Source of the DNA: Macrostomum lignano
Lineage: Eukaryota
Assembly: GCA_002269645.1 (NCBI GenBank)
Contig: NIVC01002208.1
Location: 17,892-81,891 of the forward strand
Direction of reading: 5' to 3'
Length of the DNA stretch: 64,000 nucleotides
Part shown: piece by piece, positions 12,602 to 25,100 of the stretch
How the letters are laid out: every line of letters starts with the position of its first letter
How positions within the stretch are numbered: the first letter of the stretch is position 1
Translations under genes and position numbers: made by a program
Notes under the pieces: generated by a model
Told to the model about the DNA's origin: nothing
The model's input: the letters and a program-made list of their open reading frames with translations, nothing else
The model's database searches: none

Positions 12602-13291
12602 GTGAACTGGCCGGCTCTCTCGCCGGACTTGACAAGACACTGGATAATGAGTTTATATATTAGCAAGCTAGTACTGATTGTACTTTTAGCTGCTTCATCT
12701 AATCTATAATATATAGTTATAGGCGTGCATTTTTGTTTATTTTTGTATGCTTCGTAATCTTAGCCTCCCCTGGCCTTAATAGCAGGCTCCATTAGCCGTG
12801 TCCCCGTTTTACTACTCATTGTCACTAGTACGGCAGTAGCCATAATAGGGAATTACTAGCAAATTGACAACATATTATTTTTGTTAGATAAATTTAATAC
12901 TCAACTAGTGTGTTTAACTTTGACGTGAGGTAATATTTCTACTGCATATGTGCAATTCAAGCATGGCATATGCGAGTCAATTTTAGTTTTTTAATGCCTG
13001 TCTTATAACTTAGACGGCGTCAAAGTTTTTAATTGTAGCTTTGATCGATTTTCCCCGTATGTTCAATTTGAATAGGGATTTTTTCGCGCTGACTTCAATG
13101 CTTTTTCGGCTGACGTACAAAATTGGTCACTTACATTTAATGTATTTTTGACATTTTCTGCTCAATGCCATTCATGAATAAGTAATTATTTATTCTACGC
13201 TAATTTGAGCCAGCCTCAACAATTATTTTCGTTGCGTTGTTCAACTTTTTTAATTAAAGTATGGGATTGTCCTGATCAGCACCGTCTAATC

Positions 13292-13672
13292 CTCATAAGC
13301 ATTCGGGAATCCCATCATCACTCGGGGATACCCCATAAGCGTTCGGGAATCCCCATCGTTACTTGGGGAATCCTTATAAGCATTCGGGAATCCCATCATC
13401 ACTTGGGGAATCCCCATAAGCATTCGGGAATCCTCCTCATCATTTGGGTATTCCCCATAAGCATTCGGGAATCCCATCATCACTTGGGGAATCCCCATAA
13501 GCATTTGGGAATCCTCATCATCACTCGGGGATTCCCCATAAGCATTTGGGAATCCCCATCAGCTTTCGAGAATCTCCACCAGCATGTGGGGAATCCCCAT
13601 CAGCATTCGGGTAATCCCCATCATCACTCGGGGAATTCCCATAAGCATTCGGGAATCCCCATCAGCTTTCGA
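13292..13672. repeat. Degenerate repeat with about 20-bp subunits (about 40-bp dimer) built on GGGAATCCC dyads
   Basis: About 18 near-palindromic GGG(G)AATCCC(C) cores at about 20-bp spacing between ELYS and RPB9. Confidence 0.85.
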
Positions 13673-13781
13673 GAAATGTCCTTATTAAATCTTATATTAT
13701 ATATACTACTTAAAGCCTACAGCAGTAGCATCAATAGCGCCTTTCTACAATCGTGTGCATGCGTCTCATTGCACTAATAAG

Positions 13782-15806
13782 ATGGACGGTTTTGATGACG
13801 CGGCCTCGGTGTCCAGCAACAGGGACAAGGAGGGCGACGACGGTGCGTCCGGCGGTCTGAAATTTGTCGGCATTCTGTTCTGCCAGGAGTGCAACAATAT
13901 GCTGTATCCCAGGGAGGATAAGGCCAATAGGCAGTTGGTTTATTCGGTTAGTTATTTGTTACGACTACTACTAACAGTAGCAATTTAAGCTTAACCTAAA
14001 CTGCTCTGAAACTTTATCGGGTTGACATGATGAGGCCATGGAGCATGGACATTGTTAGCGGCAGAGACATGGTGGACAGTAAATGCTTTGCCCTCCCGCC
14101 CCACACTGTAGCCCGTGATAGAATTTTGCATTAGGGCGCCAAATATATCACCTTCGGCGCTATAAGGTACCATAATAATGAGTGCCTGTCTGCGGCGCCA
14201 AAATTAGTGCCTTTAGCGCTAATATGAGTGCCTGCCTCTGGCGCCAAAATGAGTGCCTGCGGCGCCAAAATGAGTACCTGCCTGCGCCGCCAAAATAAGT
14301 GCCTGCCTGCGGCGCCAAAATGAGTGCCTGCGCCGCCAAAATGAGTGCCTGCGGCGCCAAAATGAGTGCCTGTGGCGCCAAAATGAGTGCCTGCGGCGCC
14401 ACAATGAGTGCCTGCGGCGCCAAAATGAGTGCCTTTAGCGCTAAAATGAGTGCCTGCCTTTAGCGCTAAAATGAGTGCCTGCCTTCGGCGCCAAAATGAG
14501 TGCCTGCCTTCGGCGCCAAAATGAGTGCCTGCCTGCGGCGCCAAAATGAGTGCCTGCCTTCGGCGCCAAAATAAGTGCCTGCCTGCGGCGCCAAAATGAG
14601 TGCCTGCTTGCGGCGCCAAAATGAGTGCCTGCCTGCGGCGCCAAAATGAGTGCCTGCCTGCGGCGCCAAAATAAGTGCCTGCCTGCGGCGCCAAAATGAG
14701 TGCCTGCCTGCGGCGCCAAAATGAGTGCCTGCCTGCGGCGCCAAAATAAGTGCCTGCCTGCGGCGCCAAAATGAGTGCCTGCGGCGCCAAAATAAGTGCC
14801 TGCCTGCGGCGCCAAAATAAGTGCCTGCCTGCGGCGCCAAAATGAATGCCTGTAGCGCCAAAATGAGTGCCTCTGGCGCCAAAATGAGTGCCTGCCTGCG
14901 GCGCCAAAATAAGTGCCTGCCTGCGGCGCCAAAATGAATGCCTGTAGCGCCAAAATGAGTGCCTCTGGCGCCAAAATGAGTGCCTGCCTGCGGCGCCAAA
15001 ATGAGTGCCTGCGGCGCCAAAATGAGTGCCTGCCTGCGGCGCCAAAATAAGTGCCTGCCTGCGGCGCCAAAATGAATGCCTGTAGCGCCAAAATGAGTGC
15101 CTCTGGCGCCAAAATGAGTGCCTGCTTGCGGCGCCAAAATGAGTGCCTGCCTGCGGCGCCAAAATGAGTGCCTGCGGCGCCAAAATGAGTGCCTGTGGTG
15201 TCAAAATGAGTGCCTGCAGTGCCAAAATGAGTGCCTGTGGCGCCAAAATGAGTGCCTGTGGCGCCAAAATGAGTGCCTGTGGCGCCAAAATGAGTGCCTG
15301 TGGCGCCAAAATGAGTGCCTGCGGCGCCACAATGATTGCCTGTCTGCGGCGCCAAAATGTATAATGTATAGGAAATTAGTCGTAGAATTCTTGGCTTTGT
15401 CCCCCATCATAAAATCCATGAGGACACCCTGTCATAGAGACATGTTCAGTTGTAATAAGCTGCATGTGCTTGCTTGTGTATTCAGCTGTTTTCTTAACTC
15501 ATTTCTCCTTTCTCCATCTTCCCACTGCAGTGCCGCAACTGCGGCTACTCCCAGCCAGCATTGAACCCGTGTGTCTACGTCAACAAAGTTGAGCACGACG
15601 TCGACGAGCTGACCCAAATTGTGGCCGACGTTATTCACGACCCAACTCTGCCCAGGACCAACGAGCACCCCTGTCCCATGTGCCACCACAAGGACGCTGT
15701 GTTCTTCCAGTCGCAGAGTAAACGGGCTGAGGAGGGCATGAAGCTCTATTATGTGTGCCGCAATGAGGGCTGCGCCTACAAGTGGACTGATACGTCTGCT
15801 CAGTGA
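13782..15806 (+). CDS. POLR2I: DNA-directed RNA polymerase II subunit RPB9
   Basis: Exons 13782-13946 and 15531-15806 (phase 0). [24 protein letters not shown]|CRNC and [25 protein letters not shown]...MKLYYVC match the two RPB9 zinc ribbons. Confidence 0.97.
14135..15358. repeat. 19/23-bp minisatellite (GCGGCGCCAAAATGAGTGCCT[GCCT]) filling the RPB9 intron
   Basis: Direct tandem units. Confidence 0.96.
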
Positions 15807-15814
15807 ACTGCTGA

Positions 15815-17080
15815 GAACTGGGGTTTGCGGGATTTCCTACGTGTGAACTGGGATCTGCGAGATTTTCCTGTGTGTGAACTGGGGTCTGCGAGATTTTCCT
15901 GTGTGTGAACTGGGATCTGCGAGATTTTCCTGTGTGTGAACTGGGATCTGCGAGATTTTCCTGTGTGTGAACTGGGATCTGCGGGATTTTCCTGTGTGTG
16001 AACTGGGATCTGCGAGATTTTCCTGTGTGTGAACTGGGATCTGCGAGATTTTCCTGTGTGTGAACTGGGATCTGCGAGATTTTCCTGTGTGTGAACTGGG
16101 ATCTGCGAGATTTTCCTGTGTGTGAACTGGGATCTGCGAGATTTTCCTGTGTGTGAACTGGGGTCTGCGAGATTTTCCTGTGTGTGAACTGGGATCTGCG
16201 AGATTTTCCTGTGTGTGAACTGGGGTCTGCGAGATTTTCCTGTGTGTGAACTGGGATCTGCGAGATTTTCCTGTGTGTGAACTGGGATCTGCGAGATTTT
16301 CCTGTGTGTGAACTGGGATCTGCGGGATTTTCCTACGTGTGAACTGGGATCTGCGAGATTTTCCTGTGTGTGAACTGGGGTCTGCGAGATTTTCCTGTGT
16401 GTGAACTGGGATCTGCGAGATTTTCCTGTGTGTGAACTGGGATCTGCGAGATTTTCCTGTGTGTGAACTGGGATCTGCGGGATTTTCCTGTGTGTGAACT
16501 GGGATCTGCGAGATTTTCCTGTGTGTGAACTGGGATCTGCGAGATTTTCCTGTGTGTGAACTGGGATCTGCGAGATTTTCCTGTGTGTGAACTGGGGTCT
16601 GCGAGATTTTCCTGTGTGTGAACTGGGATCTGCGGGATTTTCCTGTGTGTGAACTGGGATCTGCGGGATTTTCCTGTGTGTGAACTGGGATCTGCGGGAT
16701 TTTCCTGTGTGTGAACTGGGATCTGCGAGATTTTCCTGTGTGTGAACTGGGATCTGCGGGATTTTCCTGTGTGTGAACTGGGATCTGCGGGATTTTCCTG
16801 TGTGTGAACTGGGATCTGCGGGATTTTCCTGTGTGTGTGAACTGGGATCTGCGAGATTTTCCTGTGTGTGAACTGGGATCTGCGAGATTTTCCTGTGTGT
16901 GAACTGGGATCTGCGGGATTTTCCTGTGTGTGAACTGGGATCTGCGAGATTTTCCTGTGTGTGAACTGGGGTCTGCGAGATTTTCCTGTGTGTCAACTTG
17001 GATCTGTGAACTCAAATCTGTGAACTTGGATCTGTGTGAACTGGGATCTGTGAACTTGGATCTGTGTGAACTGGGATCTG
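15815..17080. repeat. 31-bp minisatellite (GTGTGAACTGGGATCTGCGAGATTTTCCTGT), about 38 units plus short degenerate tail, directly after the RPB9 stop
   Basis: Period 31 read from sequence; spurious ORFs repeat every 31 aa. Confidence 0.97.
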
Positions 17081-17454
17081 AAGGTCCGAAGGTCTAATAC
17101 ATGTGAAATAACATATTTGATTTTTATGGCTATATGAGATCTGCAGATCCCATTATGTGGACTTGTGCTTTGGTAGTTATTTTGGGTTGCCTTAAATTTT
17201 TTCATTATTGAACTGACAGCAGCCATTGTAGCTGATTTGAATGTTTGCATTTTTTGTATTGCCGGTTGTTATTACTCCGATTCTGAGTTCATTGGCAACA
17301 AAACAATGAATTCATTGTAGTTAATAACCCTAAATGTGCTTATCTGTTCTACTAATTGAAACCTAAATTAAATTTTCCTTGTAAACATAATCAATTTGTA
17401 ATTTCGAAACTTTTAAGTTCGTAATTTATTTACTTCAAATCTAAATTGATTGGT

Positions 17455-18682
17455 CTGTACTCTAGAATGGCAGGGTCTGTACACTAGAATGGCAGGGTCT
17501 GTACACTAGAATGATAGGGACTGCACACTAGAATGATAAGGACTGTACACTAGAATGGCAGGGACTGTACACTAGAGTGATAGGGACTGCACACTAGAAT
17601 GGCAGGGTCTGTACACTAGAGTGATAGAGACTGCACACTAGAATGGCAGGGTCTGTACACTAGAGTGATAGGGACTGCACACTAGAATGGCAGGGTCTGT
17701 ACAATAGAATGATAGGGTCTGTATACACTAGAACGATAGGGTCTGTACACTAGAATGGTATGGTCTGTACACTAGAACGATAGGGGCTGCACACTAGAAT
17801 GATAGGGACTGCACACTAGAATGGCAGGGTCTGTACACTACAATGGTATGGTTTGTACACTAGAACGATAGGGGCTGTACACTAGAATGGTATGGTCTGT
17901 ACACTAGAATGGCAGGGTCTGTACACTAGAATGGTATGGTCTGTACACTAGAACGATAGGGGCTGCACACTAGAATGATAGGGACTGCACACTAGAACGA
18001 TAGGGGCTGCACACTAGAGTGATAGGGACTGCACACTAGAATGGCAGGGTCTGTACACTAGAATGGTATGGTCTGTACACTAGAACGATAGGGTCTGTAC
18101 ACTAGAATGGTATGGTCTGTACACTAGAACGATAGGGGCTGTGCACTAGAATGATAGGGTCTGTACACTAGAATGATAGGGTCTGTACACTAGAATGATA
18201 GGGTCTGTACACTAGAATGATAGGGTCTGTACACTAGAATGATAGGGACTGTACACTAGAATGATAGGGTCTGTACACTAGAGTGATAGGGACTGTACAC
18301 TAGAATGGTAGGGACTGTACACTAGAATAATAGGGACTGTACACTAGAATAATAGGGACTGTACACTAGAATAATAGGGACTGTACACTAGAATAATAGG
18401 GACTGTACACTAGAATAATAGGGACTGTACACTAGAATGATAGGGAATGTACACTAGAATGGTAGGGACTGCAGTACACTAGAATGGTAGGGACTGTACA
18501 CTAGAATGATAGGGTCTGTACACAATAGTGATAGGGACTGTACACTATAATGGTAGGAACTGTACACTAGAATAATAGGGACTGTACACTAGAATAATAA
18601 GGACTGTACACTAGAATAATAGGGACTGTACACTAGAATGATTGGGACTATACACTCGAATAATAGGACTGTACACTAGAAT
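17455..18682. repeat. 22-bp minisatellite (TACACTAGAATGATAGGGTCTG), about 55 units, upstream of DPM3
   Basis: Direct tandem units. Confidence 0.96.
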
Positions 18683-18737
18683 GAATGGGTATAAGTGCAC
18701 TTGTACTCAGATTCGTGAATCTCTTCATGACGCCCCG

Positions 18738-19052
18738 ATGGCCCTAACCAAACTGATGCAGTGGCTGCTGGGTGGCGGCTGTTTCATCGCCCTTTGGCTG
18801 GCTCTGATGCACGACCTGATCCCTGTAGAGCTGACCCCCATGGGCCGTCACGTGACTAACTGGCTGCCGCTGTACGCAGGCGGACTGTTCGGGCTGGCCT
18901 CAGCTCTGACCATCGTGTATCGAGTGCTGATGTTCAACGACTGTCCAGAGGCGCACTCGGAACTGGTCAGAGAGATTGACGAGGCGAAAGCTGACTTGGC
19001 TAAACGGGGATTCAAATTTGTCGATCCCAAAGGGGATAAGAAAACTAGTTAG
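18738..19052 (+). CDS. DPM3: Dolichol-phosphate mannosyltransferase subunit 3 (single exon)
   Basis: MALTKLMQWL...WLPLY...TIVYRVLMFNDCPEAHSELVREIDEAKADLAKRGFKF parallels human MTKLAQWL...LPAY...[34 protein letters not shown]. Confidence 0.96.
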   Translation: MALTKLMQWLLGGGCFIALWLALMHDLIPVELTPMGRHVTNWLPLYAGGLFGLASALTIVYRVLMFNDCPEAHSELVREIDEAKADLAKRGFKFVDPKGDKKTS

Positions 19053-19416
19053 TTTGTATGTATAGTAAAAGCGCAGAATTTTTCTGGCAATGTGCATTGT
19101 GTCCTACTGCAAGTAGCTGCATATAGTCTGTTTCAGCTATCTGTTAGATAAAATCGATACTCTGTGTATAGACAGTACCTGCACAATAAAAACGATTATG
19201 CCTAATGGTGTTTGTTGGAAACCGGTTTTCACTTTATTTACCCTCGTAGGTTTGTTTCCGTTTTTTTAGTTATATGTGATTTTAATTGGAACAAAGTACA
19301 TTATATTGATAATCTGTTAACTGTTGACGCCCTTTGCTTTGTTAAAATAAGCAACGCTGTTTAAATATTGAATTCAAATTTCAGCATTTAAATCGAGTGT
19401 GGTTTGTGTCAGCCTA

Positions 19417-19781
19417 CACAGATACACTAGAATAACTAGATGGGCCACTCAGGCATTTATACTTAGCAAAACAGCTTTCTACTTTCAGTTCAGTAGCAAT
19501 AAAGAATACATAAGCTATTATATAATAATAAAGGCAGCTGAGATGACTGGAACAAGGCTGGAACAAGCGAGGAAGTTAATAAAAATTGGGTGGTGGGGCA
19601 GGCCAGGGCTAGAGGTTCTGTTGTGGAGTTGGAGGGTTTAAGCTCGGGGGGTCAATAACCTTATAAATAAAGCCTTGTCTTTAAAAATACATTAAAATGC
19701 TTCTGTTTAAGTTGCTACTGAACTGGAAGTAGGCTGCACGCAAATTTGCTGAGTGGCCATCTAGTTATTCTAGTATCTGTG
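19417..19781. mobile_element. Degenerate MITE-like element with about 85-bp imperfect terminal inverted repeats
   Basis: CACAGATACACTAGAATAACTAGATGGGCCACTCAG...CTACTTTCAGTTCAGTAGCAA at left; its reverse complement at about 19700-19781. No TSD seen. Confidence 0.65.
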
Positions 19782-20840
19782 GTCTGGACTGTAGCACCCA
19801 ATTCCTAATAAATGTCCGTCTGTCTGTCTAGATTAAATGACAAATTCTGCGATGCGCAAATTAGCCGAAATGATTAAATATATATTTATTATCCAGTAAC
19901 AAATATATTAAAAACAGGTGTAATAAACTTTTGTTTTCTTTAATTACGCGTTAATTAACTCTGTGCTCAAAATTTGTGCTCATGCGTGGCTGCAAAAAAT
20001 ACTGTAGCAGGTGTCATAACAATAATGATAAGACTCTATGATTCTTTCGGGAAGGTGGTTGCATTATTTCCAATCATAAATCATAAATCCAATTTTGCCA
20101 AGATCTCAAATCTGTAATGTGTTGTATAGATATAGGAAAGATGTGCTTTATAGATATCTTCAATTGTGCTTCTATAAGGTTATTGCCAGAAGTTTCTTTG
20201 TCTCAAAAAATCTATAGTTTAACAAAAACTGTTGATCAATAGCTGCAAGTCGTTTGCACTTGTCCTTTCGAGTTTCTTCCGTTCCGTGTCGGTTCAAAGA
20301 TTCAGCTGACTTTTTATGCATGTAGCCAAAATTGAAAGCAAGTTTTTCTCTTGGGACAGGGTAACACGCTTGATGCTCGTCACGAAACAATTTGCATATC
20401 TTCGAGAGAATTTAGTAGTAGCAATTATTTGCAACAGATCCTGTCTGTTGGGCATCGGCCCATGTAACACTAAAAGGGCGCTAAATTCCCATCTCACCTT
20501 CAAATGCAAGTGTTTCCTTCAAGGTGCACTCGCCAGTTTTTATCCAGCTATTTTTACATGAATTACTACCGGAAACAGGCAAGCAAACTTTGTGTGTTTT
20601 CTCTGGACGAAATCTCTACAAAAATTTCTATTGGTGAAACCGAATTCAGCGCTGTGCAAAAAAGGAAACAATGATGTTTTGAACTTTGCCGTGCTTTTAC
20701 CTCACACAAATTTGTTAGTGCACCTTGAATGAAATGCATGATTGCTTTATTTTATATTGTCAATTTAGTGCTTGAAATTCCGAAAACTTTCTATCTAGCT
20801 GATATACTCGTATATCATTAAGGCTGATATGCCCTAATGA

Positions 20841-21072
20841 GCAGATGTGCAACCGACAGCTCAGCCGCAGCTATTGCGCGCCCCAAGGACTGGGGGTCGC
20901 CACACACACCCTCAATTACCCCAGCTAATGCTAGCACCCATTTTACAGCTGGGTGAACTGAAGCAATGCAGAGTTAAGTGTCTTGCTCAAGGACGCAAAT
21001 GGTTCCGAGTGGGTCGAGAATCGAACTCCCGACCTTTCGCTCGTGAGTCCGACGCTCCAACCACTGGGCTAC
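20841..21072 (-). mobile_element. tRNA-derived CORE-like SINE (copy B)
   Basis: Colinear with copy A. Confidence 0.88.
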
Positions 21073-22169
21073 TCGTACAACCCCCTCTAGGCTAATAGCC
21101 ATAAAATTCCCTCGCCTCTAGCGAATGCAAATAACTGATGTGCATGAAAATGGAATGCAGTAAAATATTTTTGGATTAATTGTTGCAATTGTAAACTATC
21201 CTGCATGGGCATTTAGTTACATTTTTATAGATTATAAAAGGTAGAAAAAGTGCGTGCATATAATGAAACTACTAGCTATGACTATCTAATCCTACAACTC
21301 TAGACGCTTTTCTTAATCCATTTCAACAAAAAAACATTTATAATAAATACTTGCCGAGAGAGCTGCGTTTAGATGTATACGCTCGTACAGTGTAATAGAG
21401 GCGAAACAGACTTGGAGACAAGATACACCATGCAGAGCGGTAGGATGGACTTTCAGATGAGAATACACCAGAGCGATAGTTGAAACCTTAGACATATGCT
21501 AACAGTAACAGGAGTGCTTTCAGACTCGTAGTGTGATCGATATCAACGGGTCTACGAACCTACGAACTTGCCACCCAGCAACAATTTATTGGCATCAATG
21601 TACTAGCAAACTTTCTCGACTGGCAAAGTTCGTGCTCTCGGTTATGCAGACATCCACCAATCTGCTAGTATAGCTTATACACTTCGATCCTTTTGTTTCT
21701 ACACCAGCTACTAATGCTCTCTACATTGTTCGTGATGTACATTTGCTCTTTCTGTAGGACAAATATTTCTATACTGAAATGAACCCTGGCGCTCAAGCAA
21801 ATATCAATAAAGTTAATAGTTGGTAGTTTAGTTTATAGACTCAGCCAATGTAATTGATCAGTGATGGACTGTCTCAAGAGGTTGGAGGTGGTTTGGGGCC
21901 ACAGACATTTCTCAGGTGAGCAATCCCCATGATATTCCTTCAATTCCATGCCGAAGAGCCCGCGGTTAGGGCCATAGACACTAGCTTGAGAGCAGCAGAA
22001 GCTACAGTCTATGGTCATAACCCCGCGGGATTACGAGTGGCCCATCTACAACTATCTGTGACAGACAAACAGTAGATTCTCGGGCAGGATCAGTAGAGTC
22101 ATAGAGCGGAGAATCTCTCATAGCTCACAGGCAGGTAGGCCAGTGATCAGTACTTTCTCGATCATTGCT

Positions 22170-25100
22170 TCACCCGCTGGCCCCAACCTGTTTCTTCTGT
22201 CGCAGCGCATCCCGGATGGCCATAATCTCGTTGAATATTGGCATCGCTATGATGAAAATCGCGCCGGCGAAGGCCCAGACGTCCACCAGGGTGATCCAGC
22301 TGGCGAAGCCGGTCAAGTTCAGCTTGGGAACGGCCAGCATGCCCAGGGGCCAGACCAGGATGAGGATGACGGTGAGGCTGACCGCTCCAAAATTAGCTAT
22401 GTATTTGGCCCAGCGAAAGGCTTTCTCGGTGGCTTCCAGGCTGGGCCGATTGTCCAAGCAGTGCGCTCCGCTGAGGTTCATCTCCCTTTGATTGTTGTTT
22501 GGGGGTTGAGCTTGTTGATGCTTATTTGCAACAGATAATAATAATAATAAATAATTGATTACACTTGCCCTATAAATGTGCAGATGTGCAACCGACAGCT
22601 CAGCCGCAGCTATTGCGCGGCGCATTTGAAGGCTGCGTACGGCTGTTCAGTTCAAGGACTGGGGGGGTCGCCACACACACCCTCAATTACCCCAGCTAAT
22701 GCTGGCACCCATTTTACAGCTGGGTGAACTGAAGCCGAGTTAAGTGTCCTGCTCAAGGACACAAATTGTTCTAGTGGGATAGGGAATCGAACCTCCGACC
22801 TTGAAGTCGTGCGCTATAGCACGATCCATGGACTAGCTAACTAAAGTAGAAGGACGCGATCGTAGAAAGCTTGCTGCTGCCACACGTTCCTTATACTTTT
22901 ATTGCTCAAAGTAAATTTATGTCTTCCGAGTCAAGTTTAAAATATAAAGATCGTCAATACAGGCAATTTTTTAAGTAACTTAACTTCGCAAGCGAACGTT
23001 ATGCAAGAATTCCCAGGTAGACTTTAATTTGCTGAGCATCAGGCGAAAGACAGCTAGTCCGACCACTAAATCGGCCGTGTGTCCAGATAAAATGCTAAAT
23101 TTAGCCTTACTATAAATGCACGTATGCCTAAAATATATTAAAGTTTCAATGCTACTTTTGATTCAGGCAGGTCGCGCAACAGCTGAACTCGAAAGGGAAG
23201 TTGGTCGTGTTGAATTTTTATTTACTCAATGACGCCAGTCAATTTGAAAGTAGTAGGGAGCCTGCCATACTGCAGCTTCAGTTTGAACTTGAACTGTAAC
23301 TGCCCAATGCCATGCATCTTAAAGGATGGGAACGGTTTAACGCACACAATAGCAGACGAACCCGCTCAATCAATCTTCGTGGGAAACACAACAGATGCTT
23401 TTAAATAAAAATAACTCTCGTAGAACTTTGAATATGCGAGCTGAAATTGAATCCTGCGATTTCAATCTATCTACACGCATTAATTTCATTACATCCAGTC
23501 TTACAATATCGCAAACTATAAATATTTCTTGCGACTCTTAAATGCTAATAATTTTTTTAAATAATTGGTTAATTGTTTACTTTCTTAGGTAAATTTGTAA
23601 AACTTTATTTGCAACTATGACTATAGAAAGGATTACAAACCAATGCTTGGGTGGTTTCCTCACGAGTCTAATTAGGCCGTTATCTCATTAACTATAAATG
23701 TAGCCGTTTGCTATAGAGCTGCAGCTTCGGACAGAAACTGTATGCAAGCATCGAATTTCAACTGCTCACCCATGCCCGATGGCATTCATCATCGGTGTAT
23801 CAGTTTGATTTTTCTTGACAAACTCCTCCTCTACTAGCGCGCAATTAACCTTCATAGAGACTAACTAGATGAATGGCTCGACCGAAATAGCCCAGCTATA
23901 CTAAAATGACATTGAAGCCGCAAAATGAAACCCGCCAAGATGCAAAAAGTCGCTACATCCTTAGTAACTAGAATGTTCCGTTCTTTGGTGCCAATGCGGC
24001 TAGCATGACTTTTGAAACATCCGTGTGGACCGAAATACATGATACTTGAGCTGGCTTTTCACATGGCTACAGCTTTGAGCTTTGACGTCAGGTTAATCTG
24101 GCCTTGAAATACCACGAATGATTCGAAGGGAGACATTATATTCGTCTGGAAAAAGTTACTCCACTGTTAATCATGAAATGATTGATAGGCGCCCACAGGT
24201 GATCCCAGAGACGGATCTCCTTTGATAAAAAATTCAAATACTAACGAATTTTTCTTTGTAAATTGTCGCTTCTTCTATCGTTGGAAAGGTCACATCGTTG
24301 ACTGTTGAACAGGATATCATTGACTTTCACTAGCGACACACAAGGGACTAACGCTCCATTCCGCTTCCACTATCGGACTAACGTTGGCACCAACTTTCGA
24401 GCTTGTAAATCAGAGATTGGCCCGTGCGAAGCCTCTCTATCCGGCCTTCGGGCTCAAAGTTTGTGTCTCTTCTCAGCTACCTTCTCTCTAATCTCCTCTC
24501 CTCTCCCTTCTCCTCTCCCCTCTTCAATTTTATCCCTCCTCTCGTCTTCTTTCTTCTCCTTTGTTCCCTCACCTCCTTTCTCCCGCCTCTGGCCTATACA
24601 GTCAGTCATTGTTGCAAATGATTTTGCCCATTCAACGATGCGAAGTCTGAGCTTGTATTGAAAGCCAAAGCTGTCTACGGCATTAGTTGCAGTGGCCATT
24701 GCATGCATTTACAGATGGAACTCACTTGGCGTACAGCTCGGACCACGGGTGCAGCGGATTGTCAATGTCTCGAGTTGTCTCCCAGACTTCGGCCGCTTTC
24801 TCCGGTTGAAAATCCCGATTAGTTACCATGGTAACAACCACTGTGACTATGAGGCCGAGTCCCATAGACACGAGATTGCCAGCTAGCATGGCCTCGTTCG
24901 AGCCCGTGCTCTTCATGAACTGCCCCAGGCCGCCCTCCATGAACGCAGCCGTGGTGAGCCAGGCGACGAGGCCCAGCACCGTGCCCGACACCGAGCCAGC
25001 GACCATGGCTTTGCCAGTCAGCCTGGCCCAGCACATGCTCAGGCAGATCGGCGCCACGGCCGAGCCAATTAGCACGCCCATGAACAGGTACAGCCAGCCT

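Noticed and set aside
10309-12640. Many overlapping antisense and alternate-frame ORFs over the ELYS and hillarin-like exons
   Set aside because: Expected shadows of GC-rich low-complexity coding sequence.
14131-17015. ORFs of 300-400 aa in the RPB9 intron and 3' region
   Set aside because: Periodicity equals the nucleotide unit (19/23 and 31 bp); repeat artefacts.
18642-18737. N-terminal extension of DPM3 in the supplied ORF
   Set aside because: Derived from the 22-bp array with a non-ATG start; homology begins at ATG 18738.
21833-22055. Possible extra 3' exon of DUR3
   Set aside because: The existing last exon already ends in a stop, and the longer ORF is not phase-compatible with the candidate donor; unresolved without cDNA.
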